This document shows, piece by piece, positions 29,841 to 43,929 of a stretch of DNA of 64,000 nt. This stretch comes from the human T2T-CHM13v2.0 reference genome, Homo sapiens: the NCBI RefSeq assembly GCF_009914755.1, contig NC_060936.1, one strand, 5' to 3'. The position numbers and the translations under genes are program-made. Within the stretch, counting starts at the first letter, position 1. Every line of letters starts with the position of its first letter. The notes below the pieces were generated by a model. The model was not told the origin of the DNA. It worked only from the letters and a program-made list of their open reading frames with translations, and did not search any database.

Positions 29841-30194
29841 AAGTAGATGGCCTTCCTTAATGATAATGGGACACATTATAGAATTTTCTATCAGCATATT
29901 CAAGGAATTTTAAAGAACTGTTTCTTATTATTTCTTTACCTAGTTGATAACATTTTGATGGTGAGTTTTTAAAATTTAGTTTCTTTGGGTGAAGTGAAAG
30001 AAAGGATTGAGATAATTATTTGGATGTATTGAAATGTAAATACTTGGGTTACTCTGTTTAAAAAAGGAATTTTGAAAGCATGAATGATCACAATAATTGT
30101 TCCATATATCTAACTTGGAATCATTGTTGGGCTCCTGAGTGTTCTCTATATTTGATGCATTGAACATTCTGCTTGAGGAGGTATGGAAACAGTA

Positions 30195-30400
30195 AGAGTA
30201 TAGAGGATTAGAAGTTTGGAGGTCTTTGATTGAATTCGGGTAAGTCCCTGAAGGGCTCTGTGATACTGATCAGTCCATGAGCCTCTTAGTATTTTCTTCT
30301 ATTAAAAAATTACTTAATACTTTCCTCACCTGCTTGTTGAACAGATGAAATGTGATACTAGATTCATGACTGGCAAAAAAATAATAACTCAATAAATGAT
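30195..30400 (+). mobile_element. MIR relic
   Basis: 'tgagcctcttagtattttcttctattaaaa...ctcaataaatg'. Confidence 0.45.
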
Positions 30401-31446
30401 ATCTAAATCAAACCATCAAAAATTTTGTAAATTATTTACATTATAGGGCCTATTATAGTGCCCAATATTTAAAAATTCTTCAAGCACTTGTGTTCTTCAG
30501 ATAAATGATGTTGGTAATATATTCGTGCCTTCTCAACAACATAGAATAGCACTAAGAGTAAACTGATAGTTTTATTGGCTACATTTGCATATTTTATCAC
30601 CCTTAATCAAAATTCCATTTTTATTTTATTTTGTTGCATAGTTTATGGGAAAGGATATTGACTTTGTAATCATAGAACTCATAAAGTTTAAATCTTGACT
30701 CTGACTCATACTAACCATACACATTTAGCAAGTTGCTACCTTCTCTTGCATGGTTTTCTGCAAATGAAGAATTTTTTTTTTTTTTTATTCTGTGGAGTAA
30801 AAGAGGGAATGACAATAGATAACTTCAACCACAATAAAAACATAAATAATCTGTAAAATGCCTTACATAAATTAGTAGTTACTTTGATGTTCATTTCTGT
30901 TTGTCCCTCCTGCCTATCTTCTCATTGTCACTAGACAACACTTCAGAGTATTCTTTTATGTATGGAGGGATAAGCACCTTTTAACTTATTCTCTTTGAAA
31001 TCTGAGAAAATTGGGAAATCTAGAGTATGTCCCATCAGAACGTGCTGACAATAGTTCAAAGTGAGGTTTAAAACTGAATCAAACAACATTTCCTCCTATG
31101 TTTCAGACAAATTAATTAAATTCTCCTAGATACCATTGGAAAATATCTCTTCAAAAACCTCACCTGGCTTAAGAAATTCAGGTCCTTTTGGAAGTCTTTG
31201 TTTAATTTTTCTGCAAAATTTAAAACCAAAATTTTCATAATCACTAGAATGCAAAGATTATAATTGCATGTTATTTTTGCTGCATGTGCATGCTTACACA
31301 CACACACACAGAAACCATACCCGATATAATGTATCTAAATTATACAGAATCAAAATATTTTATTTATATATATATTAGAATTTTTATCCTAAAAGCATGA
31401 ATAATTGCCTTAGTTCTCCATTTTTCATGTGCTTCAATCAACCTTA

Positions 31447-31571
31447 AATTTCATTCTTTAACTTTTATTGCCATTATAATAGACTAGGACTACATAGTAT
31501 ATGTTAAAGAATTTCATTCTTTAACTTTTATTGCCATTATAATAGACTAGGACTACATAGTATATGTTAAA
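31447..31571. repeat. Perfect 62-bp tandem duplication (period 63)
   Basis: aatttcattctttaacttttattgccattataatagactaggactacatagtatatgttaaa at 31447-31508 and 31510-31571. Confidence 0.97.
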
Positions 31572-32639
31572 TATGTTTTAAAAAGTGCTTTATAATGCAT
31601 TATCTTCACCAAGGTAAATTGTAGTTCTCTTTTAAACAAAAAAATGATGTGCCGAATGATAATAAGTTAAATGTTTATTTTTATGGTGTCCTATTTCTAT
31701 TACAAACAACAAAGATCTTGAGAAATAAAAGATCAAGAGAACAAAGCAATAGTCTAAAAGAAAAGCTGAGCAGGTGCAGAGTAATACAGTATTCAGGGCA
31801 GGGTAATGGTAACCTTTTCCTTTGGGCATTTGTGGCTTATATATTAAGCATTAGTGCAGTGTCTGTGAGAGATTGACTTATACAAACAACACCAAATTGG
31901 AAGTAAAGGCCCACTTAAAGGAAATGTATATTGGGTAGGGACTATCTATCATCTGTGCTCCAGAGATCGGTTCTAACAAGGGACGATATTAGTATGCAGG
32001 CATTTGTGTTTCATTTCTTTTCCAGTTTTTGTTCTTGGAATTAGGTATCCCCATGAAACTCATTAAACCTCCTATTTCTGCAGCCGACACTCCACTCAGG
32101 CATGAATAATCTAAGGGGTAAATGGAATGTTGATATAAATATGCAAGCGTTTTTGATGAAACATAACATAATAGTAACTAAGAAACTGAAAGAGACTCAT
32201 AAGCACGAAAAAGAACATTATATTACTTTATTATGTGTAGTTATGGGAAACTCTAATCTGAGTTTTAAATGCTTGTTGAAATACATGTTAGAACTCTCTA
32301 AAATTGTTGAGTGCTCATACAGATGTAAGACAGTATTAATATAAATATTTAAGCATGAGGATAAGAAAAATCAAATAAATAATTGTAAATTTATTTTCCT
32401 CAATCACCTTTAAAACAGGGTCTTAAATACAAGGTAACCATGGGAGAAGGAGTCAGTATTTAACATATTCTTTGGGGATATTTGGATATCACTCTGAAAG
32501 AAATAAACAGGGATTCACATATTCGTGAAAACAGAGAAAGTGGACAATCCACTCTGAATGAGTAATTGTGTAATATATCTCAAGGAAACGAATTCCAAAA
32601 AAAAGATTTTGTAAAATGACAATTGGCACAAGAATTAAC

Positions 32640-33700
32640 ACTCGTCACACTGGCAAAAATTAATGATTCATAACACTCGTAAGGAAGTAGAACTCATACT
32701 TTGTTGGTGATACTGTCAATTTGAAAAATTCCTTAGGAGAGTAATTTGGCAATAGCTAGTGAATTCGAAAATAAGCACACTCTTCACTTCGGTATCTTCA
32801 TTCTGGGTGCTGCCATAGAGATTCATGTGCTCATCTGAAATCCAGTGAAAAATTGGTTTCAGTGTGGATGCTGACATAACAAAAATAAATGAAATCTATT
32901 CCTTGTGGATTAAAGATTCAAATTTAAAAACCAAAGCTTTACCAAATGTTAAAAAATGCATAGGACATTTATTTTTCTTAATGGGCGGAGAAAAAAGCGC
33001 AACGAATACCACGAAACATATATGAAAGCTTGTGGAAATATACCACGTTAAATTACAAGTTTTGTTTCAAAAAGGGAACTATCAACTAAAAGATGAATCT
33101 TAAACTTAAAAAAAGAAAATACACAAGCTATTGTTTTCCAATATAAAGATATATAAAACATATGAGCAGACAATTCACTAAAAATGATTTAAAAATATAT
33201 TAAAAATGCTAAATCTTTAAAATGTTCTTACTATATCAAATGATAAATATGTGAGGTGATGGATATGCTAGTTAGCCTGACTTAACCATTTAACAATGTA
33301 TACAGGTATCAAAACATCTCATTGTACTCTACTTATATATACAGCTATTTGTCAATTAAAAATGAAATAAAAATTTTCAAAATAAAAAATGCTAAACCTC
33401 ATTAATAATCAGAGTTAAAAATTTAAATAACATTTCTGTACTATTTCACCTCCAATAAATTGGCAAAATTGAAACAGTCTAATAATTAAAATGTGAGTAA
33501 ATATATGTAGACTATTAATTCTCCTAAGATATTAATGTGAATGTAAACTAACACAACAATTTTAGATAGCAATTTGGCAACATTTAGCAACTTTAAGATG
33601 TGTGCACACTTTAACAAATTGCACTTCTAGGTCCCTCAGTAAAACTCTAGCACATGTGCTCGAAGTTACAGATACAAAATATTCATGAGTACTGAAAAAA
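32640..33700 (+). mobile_element. Ancient L1ME-type fragments
   Basis: 'gaactcatactttgttggtg...gtaatttggcaata', 'tgagcagacaattcac', 'gcaatttggcaacattt'. Confidence 0.5.
33216..33385 (+). mobile_element. L1MA 3' tip insertion
   Basis: 'tgataaatatgtgaggtgatggatatgcta...tttgtcaattaaaaa', with TSD-like aaaaatgctaaa(t/c)ct. Confidence 0.8.
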
Positions 33701-33709
33701 AAATCTGAT

Positions 33710-34425
33710 TAGCTTTTTAGTTATCACCTTATTTCTGAGTTTTTCTAAATGTAATTTCATGTTGTATTTTTCATGTATGTATTTCTTAAGTCATTTTTGG
33801 TGTCTTTTAGTTCATTTTAAAATAGTAGGTGTAGTTTTGGTATTTATTTATTTGCCTATGTATGTAGATATGTATTATGTGTGTATGTATGTATCTAAAG
33901 CATGTCTTTTCTGGGGTCCTTTCATTGCATATTTCGTTCCTTATTCTATTTTTACCTATGGAATTCAGGTTTAATATTTTTGTCTTGTTTATTTTTGTGT
34001 GAAATTCATGTTCCTGGACTTTTAAAAGGCGTTTGATTCAGATGGGTTTTCTGACTTCGCAGAGCTGCCTCTTATGTAGTTTCCTGTAGTAGCTGTAGTT
34101 CTGGGTTTTCTTTGTCTCTCAGTGCTTTCCAGTGGATACCTATTGGCTGTCTGGGTGCTCTTCTCTTCTCACACCCATCTGTGCCCTCACTGCTTTGCTC
34201 TCTTTCCCCCTTTCTTGGCACCCACCATTACAAACACACAGACGCGTGCACAGATCTTGTGGCTACTGCTGATTTATCTCCCAATGCGTTTATGTGTCTT
34301 TCAATATACCTTGTCACCTGGTATTTTAATAAAAATTGCCTGTGGATTTGGTTTTGTTAACTAAATGCTTTTTCTGATTTTATGTGAGGATTTGGGAAGA
34401 TTCAAAAACTAAGCTGTCACTGAAG
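33710..34425 (-). mobile_element. HAL1/old L1 5'-region relic
   Basis: Ends 'cttgtcacctgg...tttatgtgaggatttgggaagattcaaaaact', resembling the antisense HAL1 5' end. Confidence 0.45.
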
Positions 34426-34671
34426 CCTTTAAAAATACTAACAAAGGAAAAATTCAGCAAAGAGGAAAGTGGGTAAATTGTAATATACAATAAACTACCA
34501 CAATCTTTAAAATGAACTAATTAAATATACCTAAATCAATATGAAGAAGTTGTTTTAAAATGCTGGTCTTTAAATATCAATCTGACTGGGTACATCATAT
34601 AAATCTTTCCCATCTCTTTCTTGTCACTTCTAAGAATAATTTAAAAGCAAAAAGGAATTTTAAACAATATA

Positions 34672-35100
34672 TGCATTCATTAGCTGCATAACAAACATAA
34701 AACTCAGCAGCTTGAAACTACAGTCATTTATTATTGCTACCACATCTGTAGGTTGGCTGGGCTCATCTGTGCAACTCTGCTTCAGGCTGTGGTGACTGTG
34801 ACAGCTCTGCTTCTCCATTCATGTCTTTGTGTCACTTGAGGTAGTTATCCTTCATGTGTCTCTTATCCTCCCTGGACCAGCAAGCTAGCCAGGGCATGGT
34901 AATGTCAGAGGCTAAAACATGAAAGTGGGAACTTGGAGACTGTTGAGATCTAGGCCTGGATCTGGCAGAGTGTCACTTCTACACATACATCATTGGCAAA
35001 ACCAAGTCACATAGCCAAACCCCAGGTCAATAATGCCTATGACAAGAGGGTGGAGTTGGGGACAGGTGAATAAGTGGAATCAAAAATCCAATCTACCAAA
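34672..35100 (-). mobile_element. MLT1H/I-like MaLR LTR
   Basis: 'gctgcataacaaac...aactcagcagcttgaaac...cattggcaaaaccaagtcacatagccaaaccc...aatctacca'. Confidence 0.75.
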
Positions 35101-35664
35101 ACCTGCATATTCTATTTTTGGCAAATATATGCTATAAAAATAACTCTCAGATTTAATATTTTATGTAAATCCTCCTAAGCAATTGAGGTCAGACGAGAGC
35201 TTCATGGAATAAATCGAATAAGAAACATAGTGGATCCAGTGGCACTAGATCTCAGAGGGGGGAAAAAAATCCTGTAGGTAAGATTTATTCCCAACTCTAA
35301 CAGTCAGATCCTTTCTTTGCCACCAAAGGTGTCAATAAATGCCCTCAAGTTCTCATTTAATTCTAAAGAGAAGTGGAGGCATAGCCTCAAAATGAATCAC
35401 AGAAGCAAGCCATAATTGAAGGAAGCAGTCTGTCTCTGTCGCAGCAGCAATGAAGCAATCTTTAGTGTATGAAAACTGGATAGCCTGCAACTCTAAAGAA
35501 TGCCAAAAATTTTAACAATTGAAGAATACTTACCAGAAAAATGTATAATTACAATGCAGGTGAAAATTGTGGCCTAAAATTTTACCATACATTTAAAAAA
35601 TAATAAAGAAGTGACCTCTGCGAGGAATATACAAAAAATATTAGTAAAAAATCTACCAATGAAT

Positions 35665-35860
35665 GTAATTATTTATTGTATTCTAAAAAATTGCTAATAG
35701 AAGAGATTTTATGTGTTCTCATCACACACACACAATGATAAATATAAGATAATCCATATGTTAATTTGCCTGATTTAGCCATTCTACAATGGATATATAT
35801 TTCAAAACATGTTATATGTGATGAACATAAAGAATTTGTATGTGTAAACTTAAAAAAATA
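35665..35860 (+). mobile_element. L1MA 3' tip
   Basis: 'gattttatgtgttctcatcac...tatgttaatttgcctgatttagccattctacaat'. Confidence 0.75.
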
Positions 35861-36479
35861 GTGCCAAAAATAAATAGAGGATTTATAGTGTGAGGTTTTC
35901 TAATGTTCTCTTGCTCAAGTAACAATTATATTTCGAAGTTTCAAATTAGATCTTCCTAAACCATATAACATTTGAAAATGTATTATGCTGAGATTATTAT
36001 AACAATAAAACTATAGCAATGCAATTATATAAATATTTTAAATTATAAATGCCAATGTCTTTTTATAAAAATAAATACTTGTCTAGAATTGTTTTCTATT
36101 TTAATACTAAAAGTCAAATAAGTGGTAGAAGAAAACAGTAGAAAAAAATACAACAAGAAACTATGGGAATGCTTTTTCAATAAGTATCCTTTGAAATATC
36201 ACAGAAAACAAATGAGTCTATTAAAATAATGAAGCTAAGATAAATATTTTATAATACATAAGATGAAATGTACATACTTATCTTCAAGATATACCAATCT
36301 AGAAGATATTACTTCAGTTAATAACTTAAAAATCATTTTGAATTGTTATTCAACTCATGTCACAAGCCCCAAAGCAAACACAACGTTTATGTTCATCACA
36401 TATTTTATAAAGACAAAAAAAAGACAAAAAATATTAGAAATCAAATGAGACAGCAGAGCTCAAAATCAAAGTAGGAATA

Positions 36480-36870
36480 AAAGAGCAAAATCATTTTAAG
36501 AATGTAGAAAAAAATGGGAAAAAAGGGAAATAGAAATCATGAATAATAGAAATGAGAAAAATAAATACTATAGAATAGAAATAGAGACCTACTAGATATA
36601 GAGGGCCCAAGATATGATTCATGATGGCAATCTCTGAAAAAGAAAACTAAATTAATGGGTAGAAGAAGATATTTAAAGGTATAATTCAAGAAAACTTTCC
36701 TGAAATGAAGATTTGAAATCTACATACTGTAAGGGCAAACTCTGTGCCGGAAAAAACAACTAGGAACAAGCAATAATGAAATATACCAGTGTCCTAGCAA
36801 ATTCACTGTACTGCAGTGATAAAGAAATCATCTTTGGGCTAATAGGTAAAAGATCAAGTAACGTATATCA
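36480..36870 (+). mobile_element. HAL1/L1 ORF1-like relic
   Basis: 'atatttaaaggtataattcaagaaaactttcctgaaatgaag' (ORF1p IIQENFP-like). Confidence 0.55.
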
Positions 36871-38201
36871 ATCTAGGCACCCAGAAGTTGTTATTGTTAT
36901 AAATATCTAAACAATTAGTGTAGCATCAACATTTGTAAAGAAAAAAGAAAAAAAAAGAAATCCATTAAAAGCACACAGGAAAAAGATATTAACTCAAATA
37001 CACTAGAGGAAAGAGATGTTAATTCAATATTCTAAGTCTTATTTACTCACATGTATTTGTTGCTATGGATTTTCCTCTGAAAATTGTTTTATCTATATGC
37101 TATAGGTTCTGATATGTAGTGTTTTTATTATTGTGGCTTTCAGATAATTCAGTACATTTGGTTTATAATTTTTCTTTGTCCAAGAGCTTTAAATGCTTTT
37201 TATCTTTAATATTTGATTGGGAGAGGCTTTGGTTTTCTGGTGTTATTATTAATTACTATTTTCATTGCATTGTAATCAGATAATCAGACAACATTGAGTG
37301 CAGTATTCCCACTTGGAGATATTCACCGAGTTTTTATTTATGTTACAGTATGTAATCAATTTTATTATCTTCATGGTGCAGGGTTATATATCTATACATA
37401 CACATAGACATGTGCACATAGATACATACATAAATATACATACATATAATATCTGTTATTAATGTTACTAGGTTTAATAGATCTAAATACATAAGGGAAA
37501 TTAGTAATTTTTTAGATGACATCTCAAATCAATGAAAAAATATATAGATTATTTAGAAAATGGTGTCAGGACAACTAAAAAATAACAATGTTGGATCCAT
37601 TCCTCACACACGATATTATGATAAATTCCAAACAAATCAAAGATGAAATATAAAAAAGATAAAAATTTAGAAGAAAATATGTAGAATTTCAAAATAAACT
37701 GCAACAGAAAAGATTGATGAGTTTGACTAAAATTGAAATTAAAAAATTCTCCATAACAAAAAGTCATAAGAAAACTCAAAAGGCAAATGATAAAGTGAGA
37801 AAAATATTTGTAGCTCACAATATTGACCAAGGGCTTATCATCTTAAGACATAAGGTTTTCTTGAACATTGATATGTCAAAATCTAATAACCCAATAAAAA
37901 ATTGGGCAAAAGTGATAGAAAATACAAATGGCTCTTAAATATATGGAAAAAACCTCAAGCTTGGTTATGACAGAAGAAATTCAAATGAAAATACATATAG
38001 ATAGATTTTTTTCACCCTTCAAATGGGCAAAAATATTAAAGTTCAATAATACAACAGAAATATTAACATGTGGAAATTGGTATTCTCACATATTTCTGTT
38101 GGGAGTGCAGAGTAATTTAGCAATATCAGTTACAATTCATACGTATATACCTGTTGAACTAGCAGTCTTATTTCCAAGAATTTATCCTGTAAATATAATC
38201 A

Positions 38202-38383
38202 TGTAGGAAGCCCTTAATATGGGCCCCAGTGATCCTGCCTCATTGGGGATTTTCACACCTTTGTATAATATTCATTCCCTTGAGTGGGTGTTGGACTTAC
38301 TGACTTATTTCTAATGAGTAAAATATGGCAAAACCCATGAGATGTTGCTTCCAAGATTAGGTTACCAAGAATATGACTTGGGC

Positions 38384-38434
<51 letters not shown>

Positions 38435-38836
38435 ATCTATCTAATTTATCTATAATCTGTTTATCATCCAACTGTCTATCACACTCCCCTCCCTCTGGCA
38501 GAATTATTAATAGCTCTGGAAGAAGCAAACTGGCATGTTGTGAGTGGTCCTATGGGGAGATTCATCTGACACAGAAGTAAGAAGTAAGACCACCCAACAG
38601 ACAGTGAGGAACTAAGACTCTCAGTCCATTAACCTCCAAGGAACTGAATTTTGCCAACAACCACATGAGTGAGCATGAAAGCAAATTTGCCCCCAGTCAA
38701 ACCTTCAGATGAGAACACGGACATGGTCAACCCCTAATTATAGCCTTGTAAGAGTTATTGAGACAGAAGAATACACCTAAACTAAGACTGAATTCTTGGC
38801 TCACAGAATTCATTATACTACAATAGCTAATTCATA
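38202..38836 (+). mobile_element. MLT1F-like MaLR LTR
   Basis: 'gggccccagtgatcctgcctc...ttccaagattaggttac...gaactgaattttgccaacaaccacatgagtgagc...accttcagatgag'. Confidence 0.8.
38384..38442. repeat. (TCTA)n / GATA tetranucleotide STR
   Basis: About 11 uninterrupted units plus a degenerate tail. Confidence 0.95.
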
Positions 38837-39412
38837 TGTGTAAAATTATGTATATATTTGTTATATACTGTTGCATTACTTGAAATTGCTAAAACACAGA
38901 AACAACCTAAATATCTATCAGAGGAATAGCAGTTGAATATGTTAGGGGACATTCATAAGATGAAATGTGATACTACACTTAGAAAAAATAAGAATGTTCT
39001 TTATGCACTGATATGAAAAGATAATCCACATATAATTAAGTTATAAAAGCAATGTACAGAACAGTGTGTATACCACACTACCATTTGTTTATGCATTTAA
39101 AACATTTCTGGAAGGAAACACAAGAAACTAGTAACCATGGGTACCTATTTTGGGGGACTGAGGTGGGTGGAAACTGGGTGTCTAAAGTACAGAGGTGGGA
39201 GGAGGACTTTTAACTCTGCAACATTTTTCACTTACTGACTATGAAACCATGTAAATAGATTAGCTATTCCACAAATTAGTTAATTGTTTAAATGCTTAAA
39301 TGGAAAAATAAGTAAAATATATGTAACAGAAATGAACTTACTTTTTAAAAACAAAACATAATGTTGAACAAGAAATAGAATACAATTGGGTATACATATA
39401 TACCACATAGAA

Positions 39413-39705
39413 CACAATTTGCTTTTTCTTGTTATTGTTATATAATACAATTATATAACAATAATACAATTTGCTTTTTCTTATTGTTATATAAGCAAAT
39501 ATCAATAAATTACATATTATTGATTTCCCTGCTATTAAAATTTATACAAATATGTATAATTATTTTAATATTTATATTTTAATATAAATATCTGTATATA
39601 TTGAATAAATACATATTCCATATACTAAATATATATTAAAATGTATTTTAATATCAGGCAAATAAATAATATGTAATTTATTGATATTTGCTTATATAGT
39701 AATAA
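39413..39705. repeat. AT-rich direct and inverted repeat complex
   Basis: 14-bp hairpin at 39432-39464; 41-bp inverted arms at 39481-39521 and 39665-39705. Confidence 0.9.
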
Positions 39706-39865
39706 TTCAGAAGTATAATGGTAATGATGCTCAATTTCAAATTTAGGTTCCTGATTATTTTTGAAAAAAGGAGGTGAATAGGATTGGGAAAGGGGACCCA
39801 GGGAACTTCCACTGTATCTTTTATATTTTTATTTCAAATTAGGGCATATAGATTGAAAAAGTTCA

Positions 39866-40012
39866 GGCCAGGTGAAGTAGCATGCCCAGTGCTTTGGGAA
39901 GGCCAAAGCCCAGGTGGGAGGATCCTTTGACCCCAGAAGTCTGCAGTGTGCTATGATCAAGCCACTGCACTCCAGCCTGGGCAGAAAGACCTCATCTCTA
40001 AACAAAAAAGAA
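39866..40012 (+). mobile_element. Alu monomer (FRAM/FAM-like)
   Basis: Single arm: 'ggccaggtgaagtagcatgc...gccactgcactccagcctgggca' plus an A-rich tail. Confidence 0.75.
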
Positions 40013-40689
40013 ATAGGAGAAAGCTCAAAGAAGAACAGATATATGGATATACTTAGTGATTTAAGGTAAATAAATTATTTTAGGAAAGTCATTTAAATAT
40101 ATTTTATATTTTAATGATATTAACATTATCTGTGATTCTGTAAAAAATCATATAAAATTTAAAGGTGGTTATAAATGGAATAGTCATTGGACCTATTTAA
40201 GAGCCTTCATACAAAGAAACATAAAAGCTCATGTAGCCATCTTCAATATTAGAGACTATGAAAGTAAAAATGCCAGTGTTATTAGGACCCATTCATTTTT
40301 AATTACTTTACTAAGGCAGTTTTATTTTATGTTCAAATTAGCAAATGAATCTATAATGTAGCTGAAGATCACTTAGGATAAACAAAGCATTGTAAGCTCA
40401 CTGTAACAACAAAAACTAACCAAACCAAACAAAAAAGTATAATATTTCAAGCAAAGCAGAACCAATAATAAGTATACACACTAAAATATGAGTAATTCTT
40501 ATAACACCAACTTAATAAAATCTGGGTATTTTTCTGGAAATCAAGTGTCTTCTTGTTCAACCTATTAACCCAGTATAAGAATAGTCTCTATAAGACCCCT
40601 GAAGGATGGTGTTTCAGTTTTTATTTCTACTCAGTCGGTTCTAGTTATGCCCTCTTGGCTATGCAGAGCACATTCAATTCCTCATTGTA

Positions 40690-40900
40690 TAAACCCTTTC
40701 AAATATTTGAAAACTGTTTAAAGTATCTTCTACAACTTCCATTTCAAAGCTATACATACATAATTCTTAATAATTTTTTTGATAAGTAGTCCTGGTGTTG
40801 ATAAACTGTCTTTTAAAGTGCTTCAGTTTGTCAAATTCCTTGTAAATTTGGTCCTCAAAATTCACTCTGTGACTACTCTACCGGCAGAATTTAGGAGTCA
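40690..40900 (-). mobile_element. L3/CR1 relic
   Basis: 'ccctttcaaatatttgaaaact' and 'cttcagtttgtcaaattccttg' resemble the antisense L3 RT 3' region. Confidence 0.4.
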
Positions 40901-40987
40901 AAGAGTCAGCTGCTTACAGTTATTAGATACATCAGGCTTGGTGTAGATCATAGTGAATTAGACTGCCTACCATTGTTTAAATACAGT

Positions 40988-41750
<763 letters not shown>

Positions 41751-41761
41751 TTCTCCAGAGG

Positions 41762-41995
41762 ATGACAGGTAGCCAGCTCAAAACTATTAATAGCACATGG
41801 GTGTGTTGGCTCAGTGTTCCCATATCTTTAAATTTTCAAGAGATACTGAAATTTTGTTTTTTTCGTTAATGTGACCTCTCCTAATTTTTAAATGTTGACA
41901 ACTAAATTACTCTTTTGAAGACCTTGTGTGAGCCAAAGAAAATATATGTCTATGAACTAGATCCAGTCCATAGGTCAACAGTCTGCAAACTTTGG
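41762..41995 (-). mobile_element. MER102-like hAT-Charlie relic
   Basis: 'atttttaaatgttgacaactaa...gtgtgagccaaagaaaatatatgtctatg...agtctgcaaac'. Confidence 0.5.
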
Positions 41996-42360
41996 ACATA
42001 CTACAGCATTCTAAGAGTGAGCATTGAGGGTTATCAAAGTTCAAGATCTCTTCTTTTATGGACTGCAGGCACACAATGTTTTAACATTGTGCTACCATGA
42101 TAGTTGGAACCCATAAGAAGAGTTAGTGCATGGTGCCACAGAAGCCAAGGAATGGGTGAGATTTTTGTATACAGCAGTAGTCAATAGGGTCACATCCAGT
42201 AAAGTAGGATGAGAACTCAAAAGTCATTGGATCCCACAAATCAAAAGCTGAGGCCAGCCACAACCCCATAGTCAAGTCATGCTTCCTGTCCTCTTGAAAA
42301 TTGCAGTGCAGTTGGAGAGAGGCTGCATACAAACAGAAGTGCCTTCAAGATAATACAACC

Positions 42361-42782
<422 letters not shown>

Positions 42783-43825
42783 TCACATAAAAGTGGACAT
42801 GTGGTAATAAAAGAATGAACAGGAATTCTAAAAAGCTCAAATTAACCCTCAAGTTCTGCCTTAAGTAGCTTTCTGGATGTCAGAAGCTGTTGATTATTTA
42901 CCAATCACTGTGGATACTTTATTTTCTGTTTTTAGATTGGCACAGGACTTGCTTGCTTTAGGTTTGACCATATGTCTAAATCCTAGCTAGTGGATATAAG
43001 GAGAATAAGGTATGCAACTTCCTTGAAATGCTTTCAAATAGAGCCATTTTAAATCAATCTCTCTCTCTCTCTCTCCCTTCTTGCTGGTTAGAATGAGCAT
43101 TTAACTGCTGAAGCTTCAGCAGCTATTGGGGCCGTTGAGGTGGACTTTGAAATGATAGCCCCTTACAGCACAGAAGCAAGAATAAGGAGCCTGGAATAGA
43201 AACATTTGGACCCCTTGAATGGGAGAAAGAAACAACTTGTCTCTTGTTTATGCCACAGTTATTCTGTTTGTTTATTGTTATTGTTTTCTTTTTCTTTTTG
43301 CATTTTTTTCTATTTCTGGACATGTGACTTCACCTCCCTGAACTGGAATATCCTTAAAATGAGGGACATGAATTTATTTAGATAGCCCAAATGATGACTC
43401 TGTAGTTTAGCACTCTGCATGCTTCAGCAGAAAATTGTTTAAGTCTACTTCAGTAATTGTACCATGTCACAGATTTCACCAAATCTTGTGTAAAATGTAA
43501 AAATTTAGGTATTTGTTTGGATATTTTCAAATAGATATTTCTCTTGAGAAAATATGTGATGATATACATCATACTTTATATTATAATAGGAATTAGAATA
43601 GAAAAAAGATTCCAATTCTACTCATTCATTAATATCACACTAAAAACCAACAATTACATCATTAATGATGGTGTTAAATTTTTTATAAATGATTCTTTAA
43701 AATTGGTGATTAACATTAGCAGCCGTGAAGTCAACATTTCCCAAAGTCAGTTCATTTGAATACAAATCTTGATAAGAAACTAACAAAATATGCATACTGA
43801 AGTAAAATAATTGTTTATAGAACCT

Positions 43826-43929
43826 TTTTTGGAAGTCAACAAATAATAATTGTATATATTTATGGAGTACAATGTAATGTAATGTTTTGATATATGTATA
43901 CATTGCGTAATGATTCAATGAAGCTATTA
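43826..43929 (-). mobile_element. L1MA 3' tip fragment
   Basis: 'aataataattgtatatatttatggagtacaatg...gttttgatatatgtatacattg'. Confidence 0.7.

Larger units (their letters stand above)
37030..39300. mobile_element. Mosaic of ancient L1M/L1ME fragments (about 37030-37380 minus; 37500-39300 plus), interrupted by MLT1F
   Basis: ORF 37714-37938 ends 'NNPIKNWAK' (ORF2p). The 3' UTR-like 'gaaacaacctaaatatctatc...ctggaaggaaacacaagaaact' follows. Confidence 0.6.

Noticed and set aside
31447-31571. CRISPR-like array (also considered 45182-45234 and 3395-3437)
   Set aside because: Only two copies, no unique spacers, no cas genes, and a eukaryotic context.
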